NCBI GenBank assembly: GCA_036733985.1
Contig: DAIMZM010000003.1
Coordinates: 1-53,659, forward strand
Origin: Bacillota bacterium
GTDB lineage: Bacteria; Bacillota; Dehalobacteriia; UBA4068
Reading direction: 5' to 3'
DNA length: 53,659 nucleotides
The first letter of the stretch is position 1, and every line of letters starts with the position of its first letter. The position numbers and the translations under genes were made by a program. Positions 17,183-25,858 of this stretch are shown piece by piece. The notes beneath the pieces are model-generated. The model was not told the origin of the DNA. It did not search any database and worked only from the letters and a program-made list of their open reading frames with translations.

Positions 17183-20038
17183 ATGACAAACAATCATGAT
17201 CACAACAACCAAAATAGACGGCCCGGCGGGACCCGGCCCTTGGCGGACAAGCCCCTGCCCCGCAAGGGCAGGAAGCGGAAAAAGCATCGCGTTTTCTTAA
17301 GCCTGCTCTTTATCCTGCTGCTCCTCTTGATCCTGGGCGGCCTGGTGGCTGGGGGGTATGTGCTCTCCTTAACCGACGATCTGCCGGATATCACGGCCGA
17401 GGATCTGGTGAACGCCCAGACCAGCTTTGTTTACGACGGCGACGGCACGGAGATCGCCTCCCTCCACGGCGGGGAAAACCGCATCACCGTGGCTTTGTCC
17501 GATATACCGGATTATCTCACCGACGCCCTGATCGCCACGGAGGACGAACGCTTCTACGAGCATAACGGCGTGGATTTCCGCTCTGTGATGCGGGCCGTGG
17601 TGGTGGATGTGGTGGATACCATCAAATATGGGGAGATCACCTTTACCCAGGGCGCCTCCACCCTTACCATGCAGCTGGTGCGGAACGTCATCGACAAAAC
17701 GGAAAAGACCCTGCCCCGGAAAATTAAAGAAGCCCTGCTGGCCCTGGAATTTGAGAAGCATTATGATAAAGACCAGATCCTCTACTACTATATGAACGAG
17801 ATCTATCTGGGCGCCAATATTTACGGCATGGAGGCGGCCTCCGAATACTATTTCGGCAAGCACGTGGGGGAGATCAGCCTTTCCGAAGCCGCCCTGCTGA
17901 TCGGCGTGATCCGTTCCCCCGGTTATTATGATCCCTATACCCAGCCGGAGCGGGCCATCAATGTGCGGAACACCGTGCTGAACCAGCTGATCAGGTACGA
18001 CGGGGAGAAATACGGCGTCATTGCCGAGGCTGCCAAAGCCGACGAGCTGGTGGTCTATGAAGGGGACGAGGATACCGCCAGCTATGATTACCCCTGGTAT
18101 GTGGATTATGTGATTGCCGAAGGCATGGATATCGTGGAAAGCATGGGGCTGGACAGCTCCTATATCTACACCGGCGGCCTGCATATTTACACGGTTTTGG
18201 ATCCCCATGTGCAGCAGGCCCTGGAATCTGTTTACGCTGACGACGAGAATTTCCCGGAAAGCACCACCGGGGATATTGTGGAAAGCGCCATGGCCATTGT
18301 GGAACCGGCCACCGGCCAGATCAAAGGGCTGGTGGGCGGCCGGGTCTATACGGCCCGCCGGGGCTTCAACCGGGCCACGGACCTGATCCGCTCCCCCGGC
18401 TCCACCATCAAGCCCCTGGTGGCTTACGGCCCCGCCGTGGAGCTGGGCTATGGCGCCGGCTATGTGATCGACGACGCGCCGGTGACCTATGGCTCCTGGT
18501 CCCCCAATAACGACGACCGGGCTTTCCAGGGCCGCATCACCATGCGCCGGGCCATCATGGGCTCCCGCAATGTTTGCGCGGTGAAAATGCTGGCCCAGAT
18601 CGGCACGGAAACCGGCTATGAATTCGGCCTGAAGCTGGGCCTGCCCCTGGTGGAGACGGACGCGGGCAATCTTTCCATGACCCTGGGCGGCCTGACCACC
18701 GGCGTGGCGCCCCTGGATATGGCGGCGGCTTTCGCCACCTTTGCCAACCAGGGCGTCTTTACCGAGCCTTACAGCATCGCCTATATCACCGACGCCAAGG
18801 GCGAGGTGATCTATACCGCCAACCCGGCCCTGACCGATGTTTTCGCCCCGGATACCGCCTATATCATGACGGATATGCTGATGTCCGCGGTGAACGGCGG
18901 CACCGGTACCGCCGCCCGCCTCGACGGCTGGCAGGTGGCGGGCAAAACCGGCACCAACGGCCTGCCCTCCGCCCAGGACGACCCGGACTATGCGGGCAAA
19001 ACCGGCACCAAGGACGCCTGGTTCTGCGGCTATACCACAGCGCTCTCCGGCGCGGTCTGGATGGGCTATGACAATAAAAAAGACGGCGACGGCACCCTGC
19101 AATACTTGTCCAACGTTTACGGCGGCACCTATCCGGCCCGGCTGTGGAAGGCGGTCATGGTCCAAGCTCTGGAAAATTATGAGAGCGCAAATTTTTCCAG
19201 GCCGGACGGGGTCGTCAGCTTGAGCGTTGACCTTAAGTCCGGCAAATCCCCCAGCTCGCTGACGCCCGGGGACTATATCGGCTCTGAGCTTTTCCGCTCC
19301 GCCTTTGGCACCCAGGGGGTCAGCGACGTTTGGGAGCAAGTGATGATCTGCGCCGATACCGGCCTGCTGGCCAGCGATTTTTGCCCCAATGTCATCCCCA
19401 AGGTCATGCTCACCTATCCGGAGGGACAAGCCCCCAGCGAGAAGGTGGCGGATTATGCCCTCTATAAGCCCGCCGCGGCCTGCAACGTGCATTTCTCCTA
19501 TTCCACCAGGCTGCAGAGCGTTTATGTCTGCACGGATCCCCGGCATCACGGCCTGCCGGTGATTGCCAATATCCCGGCGGACGGCAGCAGCGGCGGCTGC
19601 CCCTGGGAATATGTGGCGCTGCGCCATTATACCGCCAGCACCATGCCTACCACCTATTGCGATCTGGCGGATCACCAGGTCAGCGGCACCAGCGTGCTGA
19701 ACCCCGGCTCCGACCAGGGCGGCGGCTATGAGGAGGAAGGCGGCAGCTGGGACTATGATTCCGCCGTCACCCCGCCGATGCCGGAAAACCTGCGCCTGGG
19801 CGTCACCGACGCCGGCATTTATGTGGCCTGGGACGGCGACAATAATAAATCCGTCCTCTATGTGCTGGAACGCAGCGGCAACGACGGCAGCGAGGCCCAG
19901 CGCTTCAAGGTCAACGGTCTGGACTATACCGATACCGGCCTGACCAAGGGCGTCACCTACACCTACAAGGCCTATGCCCTGAATGTGGACAGCGAGCAGT
20001 ATTCCTCCTGGTCCGGCACGGTCAGCGTCACCTATTAA
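17183..20038 (+). CDS. class A penicillin-binding protein (glycosyltransferase GT51 plus transpeptidase) with long C-terminal extension ending in an Fn3-like domain
   Basis: GT51 motifs EDERFYEHNGVD and RKIKEALLA; transpeptidase SPGSTIKP, SRN and KTGT. ATG 17183 follows GGAGG. Confidence 0.92.
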   Translation: MTNNHDHNNQNRRPGGTRPLADKPLPRKGRKRKKHRVFLSLLFILLLLLILGGLVAGGYVLSLTDDLPDITAEDLVNAQTSFVYDGDGTEIASLHGGENRITVALSDIPDYLTDALIATEDERFYEHNGVDFRSVMRAVVVDVVDTIKYGEITFTQGASTLTMQLVRNVIDKTEKTLPRKIKEALLALEFEKHYDKDQILYYYMNEIYLGANIYGMEAASEYYFGKHVGEISLSEAALLIGVIRSPGYYDPYTQPERAINVRNTVLNQLIRYDGEKYGVIAEAAKADELVVYEGDEDTASYDYPWYVDYVIAEGMDIVESMGLDSSYIYTGGLHIYTVLDPHVQQALESVYADDENFPESTTGDIVESAMAIVEPATGQIKGLVGGRVYTARRGFNRATDLIRSPGSTIKPLVAYGPAVELGYGAGYVIDDAPVTYGSWSPNNDDRAFQGRITMRRAIMGSRNVCAVKMLAQIGTETGYEFGLKLGLPLVETDAGNLSMTLGGLTTGVAPLDMAAAFATFANQGVFTEPYSIAYITDAKGEVIYTANPALTDVFAPDTAYIMTDMLMSAVNGGTGTAARLDGWQVAGKTGTNGLPSAQDDPDYAGKTGTKDAWFCGYTTALSGAVWMGYDNKKDGDGTLQYLSNVYGGTYPARLWKAVMVQALENYESANFSRPDGVVSLSVDLKSGKSPSSLTPGDYIGSELFRSAFGTQGVSDVWEQVMICADTGLLASDFCPNVIPKVMLTYPEGQAPSEKVADYALYKPAAACNVHFSYSTRLQSVYVCTDPRHHGLPVIANIPADGSSGGCPWEYVALRHYTASTMPTTYCDLADHQVSGTSVLNPGSDQGGGYEEEGGSWDYDSAVTPPMPENLRLGVTDAGIYVAWDGDNNKSVLYVLERSGNDGSEAQRFKVNGLDYTDTGLTKGVTYTYKAYALNVDSEQYSSWSGTVSVTY

Positions 20039-20183
20039 AAGCCAAGGCCAAACCTGAGCAAAAACCAGACCCGGCGTGTCGGCTGCGCCGGGTCTGCGGA
20101 TTGGCCCCCGGGCCGCGCCGGAGCGGGACAAGGGGTCGGCAGACTAAAACAGGCACAAAAAGCAGAGGAGTGTTCAGCGAAAG

Positions 20184-21371
20184 ATGGTCAAAAGAACCTA
20201 TGAGGAGATCAACGCCAAGATCAAAGCCGGCAAGGCCGTGGTGGTCAACGCGGAGGAAGTCATCGGTATTGTTAAGGATCTGGGGGTCAAGGCCGCGGCG
20301 GAAAAGATCGACGTGGTCACTACCGGCACCTTCGGCATCATGTGCAGCAGCGGGGCTTTTCTCAATTTCTGGCATACCAAGCCGAAAATGAAGATGACCC
20401 ATATCTATTTGGACGATGTGCCTGCCTATGGCGGCCTGGCCGCCGCCGACTGCTATCTGGGCGCCACAGAGCTGCCCCTGAACGATCCGGCCAATGCCCA
20501 TCATCCCGGCCATTTCCGCCATGGCGGCGGCCATGTGATCGAAGCCCTGGTGGCTGGGAAAGCGGTGCGGGTCGCTGCCGACGCCTATGGCACGGACTGC
20601 TATCCCCGGCGGAAGCTGGAACAGACCATGACCTTGGCTGATTTCCGGCAAGCCTTCCTCTTCAGCCCCCGGAACTGCTACCAGAATTATAATGTGGCCA
20701 TCAACCTTTCCGACCAAACGGTCTATACTTACATGGGCATCCTGAAGCCCAGGGGGGGCAATATCCACTATTCCAGCGCCGGCCAGCTTTCGCCCCTGCT
20801 GAACGACCCCTATTACCGCACCATCGGCCTGGGCAGCCATATTTTCCTCGGCGGCGGCGAGGGCTTTGTGGCCTGGCCCGGCACCCAGCATGCCCCTAAT
20901 GACCCCCGGAACGCCCAGGGCATCCCCCTGGGTGGCGCAGGCACCCTGGCGGTGATCGGCGATCTGAAACAGATGGACAGCCGCTTTGTCCGGGGGGTCA
21001 GCCTTACCGGCTACGGGGTCTCCCTGCAAATGGGCATCGGCATCCCCATCCCCATCCTAGACGAGGAGACCATGGGCTTCTGCGCGGTTTCGGACGGGGA
21101 TATTGAAGCGCCCCTTTGCGATTATGGCCCGGACGGCTACCCCACCGGCGGGGACTGCGCGGTGGGCCGCCTGAACTATGCCCAGCTGAAAACCGGCGAA
21201 GTGGAATGGCAGGGCCGGAAGATCCGCACCGCTCCGCTGTCCAGCTACAGCGTGGCCCTGGAGATCGCCGATATCCTGAAAGCCTGGATACAGGCGGGGA
21301 AATTCCAGATTCCCCAGCCAACGGCGCTGCTGCCCGGCGACGCCGATTATCAAAGGGAGGGTTGCTGCTGA
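20184..21371 (+). CDS. homocysteine biosynthesis protein (COG1900/DUF39 family)
   Basis: Colinear with the COG1900 family (..VVTTGTFG.MCSSGAF.NF.. and ..YSSAGQLSPL.NDP..). It is followed by its usual NIL-ferredoxin partner. Confidence 0.8.
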   Translation: MVKRTYEEINAKIKAGKAVVVNAEEVIGIVKDLGVKAAAEKIDVVTTGTFGIMCSSGAFLNFWHTKPKMKMTHIYLDDVPAYGGLAAADCYLGATELPLNDPANAHHPGHFRHGGGHVIEALVAGKAVRVAADAYGTDCYPRRKLEQTMTLADFRQAFLFSPRNCYQNYNVAINLSDQTVYTYMGILKPRGGNIHYSSAGQLSPLLNDPYYRTIGLGSHIFLGGGEGFVAWPGTQHAPNDPRNAQGIPLGGAGTLAVIGDLKQMDSRFVRGVSLTGYGVSLQMGIGIPIPILDEETMGFCAVSDGDIEAPLCDYGPDGYPTGGDCAVGRLNYAQLKTGEVEWQGRKIRTAPLSSYSVALEIADILKAWIQAGKFQIPQPTALLPGDADYQREGCC

Positions 21372-21787
21372 TGACAGGACAGGTGACCACCAACATTTTC
21401 CTGGGTTTCAGCGCTGATCGGGTGGAAGAGCCGGTGGTTTACCGCCTGGCTACGGATTACCGGCTGATCCCCAATATCATGAAAGCTTCCATCAGCCCGG
21501 ATAAACAGGGCTATCTGGTGCTAAGCCTCACCGGGGACGCAGCCGATCTGGAGCGGGCCCTGACCTATTTGCGGGAGCTGGGCCTGACCGTGAGCCTGCT
21601 CACCGAGCATGTGTCCTGGGATGAGCAAAGCTGCACCCAGTGCGGCGCTTGCACCGCGGTTTGCCCCACCGGGGCCTTGGCTGTGCGGCGGCCGGACATG
21701 ACGGTCCGCTTTAACGGGGACAAATGCATGGTCTGCCAGATCTGCATCCTGGCCTGCCCGGTAAAGGCGGTGCATTTGGATTTCTGA
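21371..21787 (+). CDS. NIL domain / 2x[4Fe-4S] ferredoxin protein (COG1900 partner)
   Basis: Its ATG overlaps the upstream TGA (TGATG). It has an N-terminal NIL-like domain, then CTQCGACTAVCP and CMVCQICILACP. Confidence 0.8.
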   Translation: MTGQVTTNIFLGFSADRVEEPVVYRLATDYRLIPNIMKASISPDKQGYLVLSLTGDAADLERALTYLRELGLTVSLLTEHVSWDEQSCTQCGACTAVCPTGALAVRRPDMTVRFNGDKCMVCQICILACPVKAVHLDF

Positions 21788-21830
21788 ATCAACGCCCCCC
21801 CGGGCTTACCGGAACCGGGTCAACAACGAT

Positions 21831-22532
21831 TTGGAGCGGCACCGGCTGGTACTGGGCGAAACCGACCTGGCCATCTGGCTGCCGCCACAGGTCTGGGACA
21901 GGGATCTGGCCAAAGGGCTGAACGACGTCCTGATCGACAGCCGGGCCCGGCTGCTGCAGTATATCCGGGATAATCCGGATTTCGCCGCCACCCACCGGCC
22001 CTGGACCGATCCCGGCCCGAAGCCGGGTATTGTCCAACAGATGACTGCCGCCGCCGCCCTGGCCGGCGTGGGCCCCATGGCTGCCGTGGCCGGGGCTTTT
22101 GCCGGCCTGGCCGGGCAGTTCCTGCTCAGCTCCACGGATCAGGTGATCGTGGAAAACGGCGGCGACATTTTTCTGGCAGGCAAGAAAGACCGGGTGGTCA
22201 GCGTTTACGCCGGGGCCGGGAGCCCCTTCACCCGGCATCTGGGCATCCGCCTGGCAGCCGGGCAGCTGCCCTGCGGCGTCTGTACCAGCTCCGGCACGAT
22301 CGGTAAAAGCTTCAGCTATGGCAAGGCCGACGCGGCCCTGATCGTGGCCCCGGACCCGGCCCTGGCCGACGCGGCTGCCAGCGCTGCCGGGAACCTGGTT
22401 AAAGGCCCAGGGGATCTGGCCGCTGCCTGCGACTTTGCCCTGGCCATCCCCGGCGTCGCCGCCGCCCTGATCATCTGCGGCCCGCAAATGGCTGCCGGTG
22501 GGGCGTTGGAGCTGGTGAGCTTGGCGGGGTAA
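21831..22532 (+). CDS. UPF0280 (COG2122, ApbE-like) family protein
   Basis: LGETDL.I, GVGPMAAVAGAFA and ENGGDIF motifs are typical of UPF0280. The TTG start is uncertain. Confidence 0.65.
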   Translation: MERHRLVLGETDLAIWLPPQVWDRDLAKGLNDVLIDSRARLLQYIRDNPDFAATHRPWTDPGPKPGIVQQMTAAAALAGVGPMAAVAGAFAGLAGQFLLSSTDQVIVENGGDIFLAGKKDRVVSVYAGAGSPFTRHLGIRLAAGQLPCGVCTSSGTIGKSFSYGKADAALIVAPDPALADAAASAAGNLVKGPGDLAAACDFALAIPGVAAALIICGPQMAAGGALELVSLAG

Positions 22533-22678
22533 GGACGGCGGCTAGTTACTAGTTATGTTCTGCTTTGGATGATGTATCTGTTTGCTGCTAGTTTAATGGC
22601 TCGCCTGCCCGGCGAGGGGCAAAGGGGCTAGGGGGATTTCGATTTCCCCCCTTTGCCCCTCTGCACTCCCCGCACCCC

Positions 22679-22851
22679 CTTAAAACGACCAAAGGCTCGC
22701 CGCCTTTGGAAACCGCATTCTGCTTTATGATTTGATATGATGCATTTAGCGACGTTTTTATCAAGAAGCGAGAGCCAATTGCAAACTTCATTTTGAATAC
22801 ATTTAAAGTTCTTTTGCTTCTTTTCTTTCAAGAAAAGAAGGGTTTTAAAGG
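22679..22851. repeat. AT-rich inverted hairpin-pair repeat, locus A
   Basis: Right unit ATTTAAAGTTCTTTTG-CTTCTTTTCTT-TC-AAGAAAAGAAG-GGTTTTAAAGG (22801-22851). Left inverted unit with a GC stem: CTTAAAACGA-CCAAAGGC-TCGCC-GCCTTTGG-AAACC (22679-22716). Confidence 0.8.
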
Positions 22852-22923
22852 ATTTTGACCATCGCGTATACAATAAATAAAACAAACCACAGACCCATGA
22901 CTTGACCTTGGAGGGATAAACGT

Positions 22924-23700
22924 ATGTCTGGACATTCCAAATGGGCGAATATCAAACGCAAGAAGGGCGCTAACGACGCGGAGCGGGGCAAAATTTTTAC
23001 CAAGATGGCTAAAGAAATCGCTGTGGCGGTGCGGGCCGGGGGCCCGGACCCGGACGGCAATTTCCGCCTGAAAATGTGCGTACAGAAAGCCAAGAACAAC
23101 AATATGCCCGCGGACAATATCAAGCGCTGCATTGAAAAGGCGGCGGGCCTGGGGGAAAGCGCGGCCATCGAGGAATTTTTCTATGAGGGCTACGGCGCCG
23201 GGGGCGTGGCCATCCTTTGCGAAATGCTGACGGACAACCGCAACCGCTGCGCCAGCGAGATCCGCTACCTGTTCAACCGCAATAACGGCAACCTGGGAGA
23301 AACCGGCTGCGTCAGCTATCTGTTTGAGCGCAAGGGCCAGGTGCTGGTGAGCCTGGCCGGTAAGGACGAGGACGCGCTGATGATGACGGCCCTGGACGCC
23401 GGGGCTGAGGATATGCTGGTAAACCCGGGGGATGAGGACGAGGATATCCCGGCCAGCGCGGAGATCATCACCAACCCCTCGGAGCTGGAGGCGGTGCGCG
23501 GCGCCCTGCTGGAAGCGGGGTATCAGGTGACTGAGGCGGAAATCATCATGCAGCCGGCCAGCACCATTCCCATCACGGACGCGGAAACCGCGGCCAAGCT
23601 GATCAAGCTGGTGGAAGCGCTGGAAGACAATGACGATGTGCGGGCGGTTTACGCCAATTATGATATCAGCGACGAAATTATGGATCAGCTGCCGGAGTAA
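22924..23700 (+). CDS. yebC: YebC/PmpR family DNA-binding transcriptional regulator
   Basis: MSGHSKWANIKRKKGANDAERGKIFTKMAKEI is the canonical N-terminus. Confidence 0.93.
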   Translation: MSGHSKWANIKRKKGANDAERGKIFTKMAKEIAVAVRAGGPDPDGNFRLKMCVQKAKNNNMPADNIKRCIEKAAGLGESAAIEEFFYEGYGAGGVAILCEMLTDNRNRCASEIRYLFNRNNGNLGETGCVSYLFERKGQVLVSLAGKDEDALMMTALDAGAEDMLVNPGDEDEDIPASAEIITNPSELEAVRGALLEAGYQVTEAEIIMQPASTIPITDAETAAKLIKLVEALEDNDDVRAVYANYDISDEIMDQLPE

Positions 23701-23730
23701 GGCCGGCTGCCGTCTTTCCTTTGTGAACAG

Positions 23731-23774
23731 AAAAAACAATGCCCGCGTTGACCAACGCGGGCATTGTATATTTG
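23731..23774. terminator. bidirectional intrinsic terminator
   Basis: AAAAAA-CAATGCCCGCGTTG-ACC-CAACGCGGGCATTG-TATATTT. Confidence 0.8.
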
Positions 23775-23956
23775 CGGAGGACATAAGAGGCTTGACAGCA
23801 GGCGGCAAGCCGTCCATATACTGCGCCAGACAACGAAACCGGGGCAAAGCGGAAGGCCATGGGGGCTTCCCGGCAGCGGCTGTCAGTGAGCGCCGCGAGC
23901 GGTCCGGCCGCAGAGGAAAGCACCCAGGACCGCAACTTGGGCGTAGCGTAGGGACA

Positions 23957-25024
23957 CTACGGCTGTTCGATCACCTTTTCCAGATGGGGCGCGGCCATGG
24001 CCGAAGCCAGGGCCGCGTAATCGCAGCCAAAGCTGAGCCTGGCCCCCACCCGCAGGTCTCCTTCCGCCCCGGTGACGTCGCAGATCAGGCAATTGCTGCT
24101 GCCGCCCAGGATGGTGACGCCGGGAGCCAGGGGCATCAGGCCGCTGATATACAGATCCTGCTTGCCCAAGGCCAGCAAGGCCCGGCGGCGGATCCCTAAA
24201 TCCGGGAAATCCTGATGCCCGCCAAAGCTGTCGCTGCCGCCTTGGCTGCCATAGGGCAGGGAGGGCTTTTCTTTTAATTCGATGATTTCCGCTTCCACCC
24301 GGAAATTGTGGCGCTGATAGCCGGGGATGGCCTGGCCGTGGCAGGGCACATTGCCCAAAAGCCAGCTTTCCCCCATCCGCAGCTCATTGACCCGGCGGGG
24401 CAGGCGGCCTTGGGCCAGCAGCAGATAGCTGCTGCTATTGCCGCCGGAAACGATATCCAGCTCCCGGCCGATCAAGGCTTCCACCCCTTCGGTCAGGCGG
24501 ATCAGCTCCGCCATATTGGCGTCGTCCGGCAGAATTTCCCCATAGCAGGAAAGATTGGCGCCAAGGCCTTTCAGCCGAAGATGGGGCAGGCTTTCCGCCA
24601 GCCGGGCCAGCTCCAGCAATTCCGGCTCCAAACAGCCCTCCCGGAGATCGCCCAGCTCCGCCATGAGCAGCACCTGGTAGATCCGGCCTTTAGCCCCGGC
24701 GGCCCGGTCCAGATCCAGCAGGGCGGCTTCCTCGCTGACCAGGCAGCCGTCGGTAAGCGTCACCAGCTGCGCCAATTCGGAAAGCATGGGCAGGCGGATC
24801 AGCCACTTTTCCCCCGGTACCTGGCGATAGCAGGCGATATCAGCCAGCAGGACGTCGCCGAAATTGGTCACGCCCAGATCCGCCAGGCCCTGGATCAGCC
24901 GGGCCTGGCCGGCCAGGGCCTTGACCACGGCCTGCAGCCGGACGCCCCGGGATTGACAGAGTTCCAGCAGCAGCCTGGCGTTTTCATAGAGGCCTTGGCT
25001 ATTGATGACGATTCTCGGATACAT
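23957..25024 (-). CDS. alanine/ornithine racemase-family PLP enzyme (COG3457-type)
   Basis: The N-terminal PLP-barrel has VVKA (the Lys in ..RLQAVVKALAG..). Overall colinear with predicted amino-acid racemases of the Orr/YhfX type. Confidence 0.7.
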   Translation of the reverse strand: MYPRIVINSQGLYENARLLLELCQSRGVRLQAVVKALAGQARLIQGLADLGVTNFGDVLLADIACYRQVPGEKWLIRLPMLSELAQLVTLTDGCLVSEEAALLDLDRAAGAKGRIYQVLLMAELGDLREGCLEPELLELARLAESLPHLRLKGLGANLSCYGEILPDDANMAELIRLTEGVEALIGRELDIVSGGNSSSYLLLAQGRLPRRVNELRMGESWLLGNVPCHGQAIPGYQRHNFRVEAEIIELKEKPSLPYGSQGGSDSFGGHQDFPDLGIRRRALLALGKQDLYISGLMPLAPGVTILGGSSNCLICDVTGAEGDLRVGARLSFGCDYAALASAMAAPHLEKVIEQP

Positions 25025-25044
25025 AGCATTATTTCCTTTTTATC

Positions 25045-25797
25045 TCATTGCTTTCGGCGAATAAATTCCTTGATCAGCAGGGCGGATTTATCTTCCAGCT
25101 CCACCAGCTCCGGCCGCAGCTCGGCGCTGATATCCAGGCCCTTGGCCTGGGCCGCCGCCTGCAGCAGCCGCGCGGCAAAGCGGGGGTTTTTCACCAGCAG
25201 CGGGCCCAGGGTATTGGTGAAGATCACCTGGCCGCTTCTGGCCCCTTCCGGGCCGCCGCCCAGCTGCACCTGGCCGCTGTTATTGCCCCGGCCATAGGAG
25301 AGGACGCCCAGGGGTTCCTGGCCTTCCAGCAGCTGGGTATCCATGACCTGGATCTGGCTGCCCAGGATCTCCAGGCCATCCGGCAGATTAAAGGCCAGGT
25401 CGTCCCCGTAAACCCGCTCCCGCTCCCGGCAAGTCATCCGCAGCAGGCCTAAGCCGGGGAAGCTGCCCCCATCCAGAAATTGGGTCTGCTGAGCCAGGAT
25501 CGCGCCGCTGTTGGCAACAGCCAGGATGGGCTTGCCCGCGGCCACAAAGGCCTCCAGCTCCGGCCGCTGCTTTTCCAGGGCCTGGACCAGCCGGGGCATG
25601 CAGCGCAGCTCCCCGGCGGTGAAAACCAGCATGTCCCCTTCGGCCAGGTCCGCCGGCTGCTCCGGGGTCTCCTGGCGGCGGATTTCGATTGCCAGGCCTA
25701 AAAAGCCGCCCACCCGGGCCAGGGCCATCAGATTGCCCCGGTCGCCGTGGAGATGCAGCACATCCGGATACATCCAGTTGATGATCAGCTTATCCAT
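25045..25797 (-). CDS. gatD: lipid II isoglutaminyl synthase glutaminase subunit GatD (CobQ-type GATase)
   Basis: MDKLIINWMYPDVLHLHGDRGN.. is the typical GatD start. It lies downstream of murT. Confidence 0.85.
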   Translation of the reverse strand: MDKLIINWMYPDVLHLHGDRGNLMALARVGGFLGLAIEIRRQETPEQPADLAEGDMLVFTAGELRCMPRLVQALEKQRPELEAFVAAGKPILAVANSGAILAQQTQFLDGGSFPGLGLLRMTCRERERVYGDDLAFNLPDGLEILGSQIQVMDTQLLEGQEPLGVLSYGRGNNSGQVQLGGGPEGARSGQVIFTNTLGPLLVKNPRFAARLLQAAAQAKGLDISAELRPELVELEDKSALLIKEFIRRKQ

Positions 25798-25858
25798 TTG
25801 CCTACCTCGTCCATAGTATTGAATCAGTCATACCGGCCCGGTTCCAAGCGTTACCTGC

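Noticed and set aside
17369-20131. 920-aa minus-strand ORF
   Set aside because: It is antisense to the class A PBP gene, which has all GT51 and transpeptidase motifs. The product is low-complexity and rich in Gly/Ala/Arg/His, so it is a shadow ORF.
20039-20183. SAM riboswitch upstream of the homocysteine-synthesis genes
   Set aside because: The region contains a PBP-gene terminator hairpin and GC-rich sequence, but not the S-box core (..AGAGGGA..GGCCC..GCAACC..). This cannot be supported by eye and needs a covariance-model scan.
22588-22885. Two minus-strand ORFs (67 and 85 aa) in the UPF0280-yebC gap
   Set aside because: They run through the palindromes and repeat units. The similar-looking peptides at other loci (FLKEKKQKNF / FLKESNAKNF) come from the DNA repeat and are interrupted by stops in other copies. 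They have no RBS.
23791-23956. Promoter-like TTGACA..TATACT followed by a GC-rich structured stretch (GCGGTCC..GGACCGC, GAGGAAAGCAC), considered as SRP RNA, RNase P RNA or another sRNA
   Set aside because: The promoter spacer is 19 nt. The sequence lacks the SRP domain IV core (GGUCCGGAAGGAAGCAGC) and the RNase P GAGGAAAGUCCGGGC box, is too short for either, and has no terminator. It is left unassigned.
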